Positions 1 to 524 of a DNA stretch of 524 nt are shown here, in pieces. A program made the translations under genes and the position numbers. Position 1 is the stretch's first letter, and every line of letters starts with the position of its first letter. Source of the DNA: Escherichia coli (GTDB lineage: Bacteria > Pseudomonadota > Gammaproteobacteria > Enterobacterales > Enterobacteriaceae); NCBI RefSeq assembly GCF_003334385.1, contig NZ_QOWN01000171.1; one strand, 5' to 3'. The notes under the pieces are model-generated. The model did no database searches and was not told where the DNA came from. It saw nothing but the letters and a program-made list of their open reading frames with translations.

Positions 1-1
1 T

Positions 2-25
2 CCGCGATCACTGCGGGATTTTTTT
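2..25 (+). terminator. Putative intrinsic-terminator-like element: short GC hairpin followed by a T7 tract, oriented for plus-strand (antisense/convergent) transcription. Truncated by the window edge, so highly tentative.
   Basis: Plus strand 2..16 is ccgcg-atcac-tgcgg: pairs 2-16, 3-15, 4-14, 5-13 are Watson-Crick and 6-12 is a G-U wobble, with a 5-nt loop. It is followed by 'ga' and then ttttttt (19..25). The stem is short and may extend past the window. On the minus strand the same region reads A-run then hairpin, which is not terminator polarity for the gpI-like transcript. Confidence 0.25.
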
Positions 26-32
26 ATTCTTT

Positions 33-524
33 TTACCCCTGCCGCCCGATAACCACGACCTTTCCGCCCCCGCCTTCATCACGGGTACTGATGTCCTGGG
101 ATATACGGCGGGAGCCAACCAGCATTTCCCCGTAAGGCACCGGCATCGGGTTACCCTGGGCAATCATGTTGTCCAGTGACGAAAAATACGTGTTCTGTCT
201 GCCGTTATCCGTTGCGCGGTAATCCGGTGTTTTTGCCTTCGGGGCCAGCATCTGGGCCACACCACCCAGAATCATGCTGGCTCCAAGTGAAAACAGCATC
301 GTGGTGGCAGAAAAACCACCGGCTGCCAGGGCTGAACCCCATAACGCCATCGAGGCACCGGCAGTGAGGAAAGAGCCCACGATGGCTGCCGCCCCCAGCA
401 CAATCTGCAGTCCACCCTTTCCGGCCCCGGCCAGTCGCGGCACAATGTGGATGACCGTTCCCTCACCCAGCTGTTCGTGAAGACGGGCGTACACCGCCTC
501 CGGTGCCGTGTCATCACCGGCAAT
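33..524 (-). CDS. Tail tip assembly protein I, phage lambda gpI family; partial, with the N-terminal part beyond the window edge at 524. TAA stop at 33..35.
   Basis: The 153-aa ORF on the minus strand (33..494) reads ...GTVIHIVPRLAGAGKGGLQIVLGAAAIVGSFLTAGA...LFSLGASMILGGVAQMLAPKAKTP...DNGRQNTYFSSLDNMIAQGN...YGEMLVGSR...DEGGGGKVVVIGRQG. This is collinear with, and closely similar to, the C-terminal roughly two-thirds of lambda tail assembly protein I as I recall it (...GAVIHIVPRVAGAKSGG.FQIVLGAAAIAGSF...LFSLGASMVLGGVAQMLAPKARTP...DNGKQNTYFSSLDNMVAQGN...YGEMRVGSR...VVVIGR). I translated codons 495..524 by hand: the frame stays open (...IAGDDTAPEA-V-YARLHEQL), and the 'M' at 492..494 is a GTG (plus-strand cac), so the true start is upstream of the window. 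The stop at 33..35 (plus tta = TAA on minus) was checked by hand. Confidence 0.9.
   Translation of the reverse strand: MAGDDTAPEAVYARLHEQLGEGTVIHIVPRLAGAGKGGLQIVLGAAAIVGSFLTAGASMALWGSALAAGGFSATTMLFSLGASMILGGVAQMLAPKAKTPDYRATDNGRQNTYFSSLDNMIAQGNPMPVPYGEMLVGSRRISQDISTRDEGGGGKVVVIGRQG

Noticed and set aside
19-25. A7/T7 homopolymer as a possible programmed frameshift slippery site (by analogy with lambda G-T)
   Set aside because: The run lies downstream of the TAA stop of the gpI-like gene, not inside a coding frame, and the known lambda tail frameshift is in G-T, not I.
1-32. Start of the downstream J-like gene within the 32 bp after the stop
   Set aside because: There is no ATG on the minus strand in this stretch. 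The only candidate is a GTG (plus 9..11) with no convincing Shine-Dalgarno upstream, so the next gene more likely starts beyond the window edge.
176-367. 63-aa plus-strand ORF antisense to the gpI-like gene
   Set aside because: It is fully nested inside a well-supported CDS on the opposite strand. The translation is Arg/Pro/Trp/Cys/His-rich as expected from out-of-frame GC-rich sequence, with no recognisable family and no obvious ribosome-binding site.
274-480. 68-aa plus-strand ORF antisense to the gpI-like gene
   Set aside because: It is nested antisense to the hydrophobic core region. Its Ala/Pro-rich low-complexity translation is what the complement of Gly/Ala codons produces, so it is most likely a shadow ORF.
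492-494. Apparent start codon of the 153-aa ORF (the 'M' in the ORF track)
   Set aside because: The codon is GTG and the frame stays open upstream to the window edge (…IAGDDTAPEA before it). The homology to lambda gpI continues through this position, so it is an internal Val, not the initiator.
272-523. 83-aa minus-strand ORF in an alternative frame overlapping the gpI-like gene
   Set aside because: It is same-strand but out of frame with the strongly supported gpI frame. The translation is Arg/Trp/Cys-rich with no recognisable domain, so it is probably a spurious overlapping ORF.
1-524. CRISPR repeats, tRNA or rRNA, and IS or transposon terminal inverted repeats
   Set aside because: I found no direct repeats with regular spacing, no cloverleaf-compatible segments and no terminal inverted repeats. 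Short recurring ccgccc-type strings are explained by Gly/Ala/Pro codon usage in a GC-rich gene.

Overview
Nearly the whole window (33..524, minus strand) is the 3' part of one gene encoding a phage lambda gpI-family tail tip assembly protein (tail assembly protein I). The reading frame stays open to the window edge at 524, so the true start lies beyond the window; the ORF-track start at 492..494 is actually a GTG and is internal. The gene ends at a TAA stop (33..35) and is followed by about 32 bp of AT-rich sequence holding a short GC hairpin and a T7 tract at the window edge. The visible protein covers the end of the ubiquitin-like N-terminal domain (ending ...AGAGKGG), a Gly/Ala-rich hydrophobic core, and a conserved C-terminal tail. 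This places the window inside a lambdoid siphovirus-type tail-tip module (K-I-J region), probably a prophage in an Enterobacterales genome, though the host call is a low-confidence inference. I see no rRNA, tRNA, CRISPR, mobile-element ends or convincing extra genes, and nothing that clearly amounts to a novel system. All similarity statements rest on my recollection of lambda gpI and need a real alignment.
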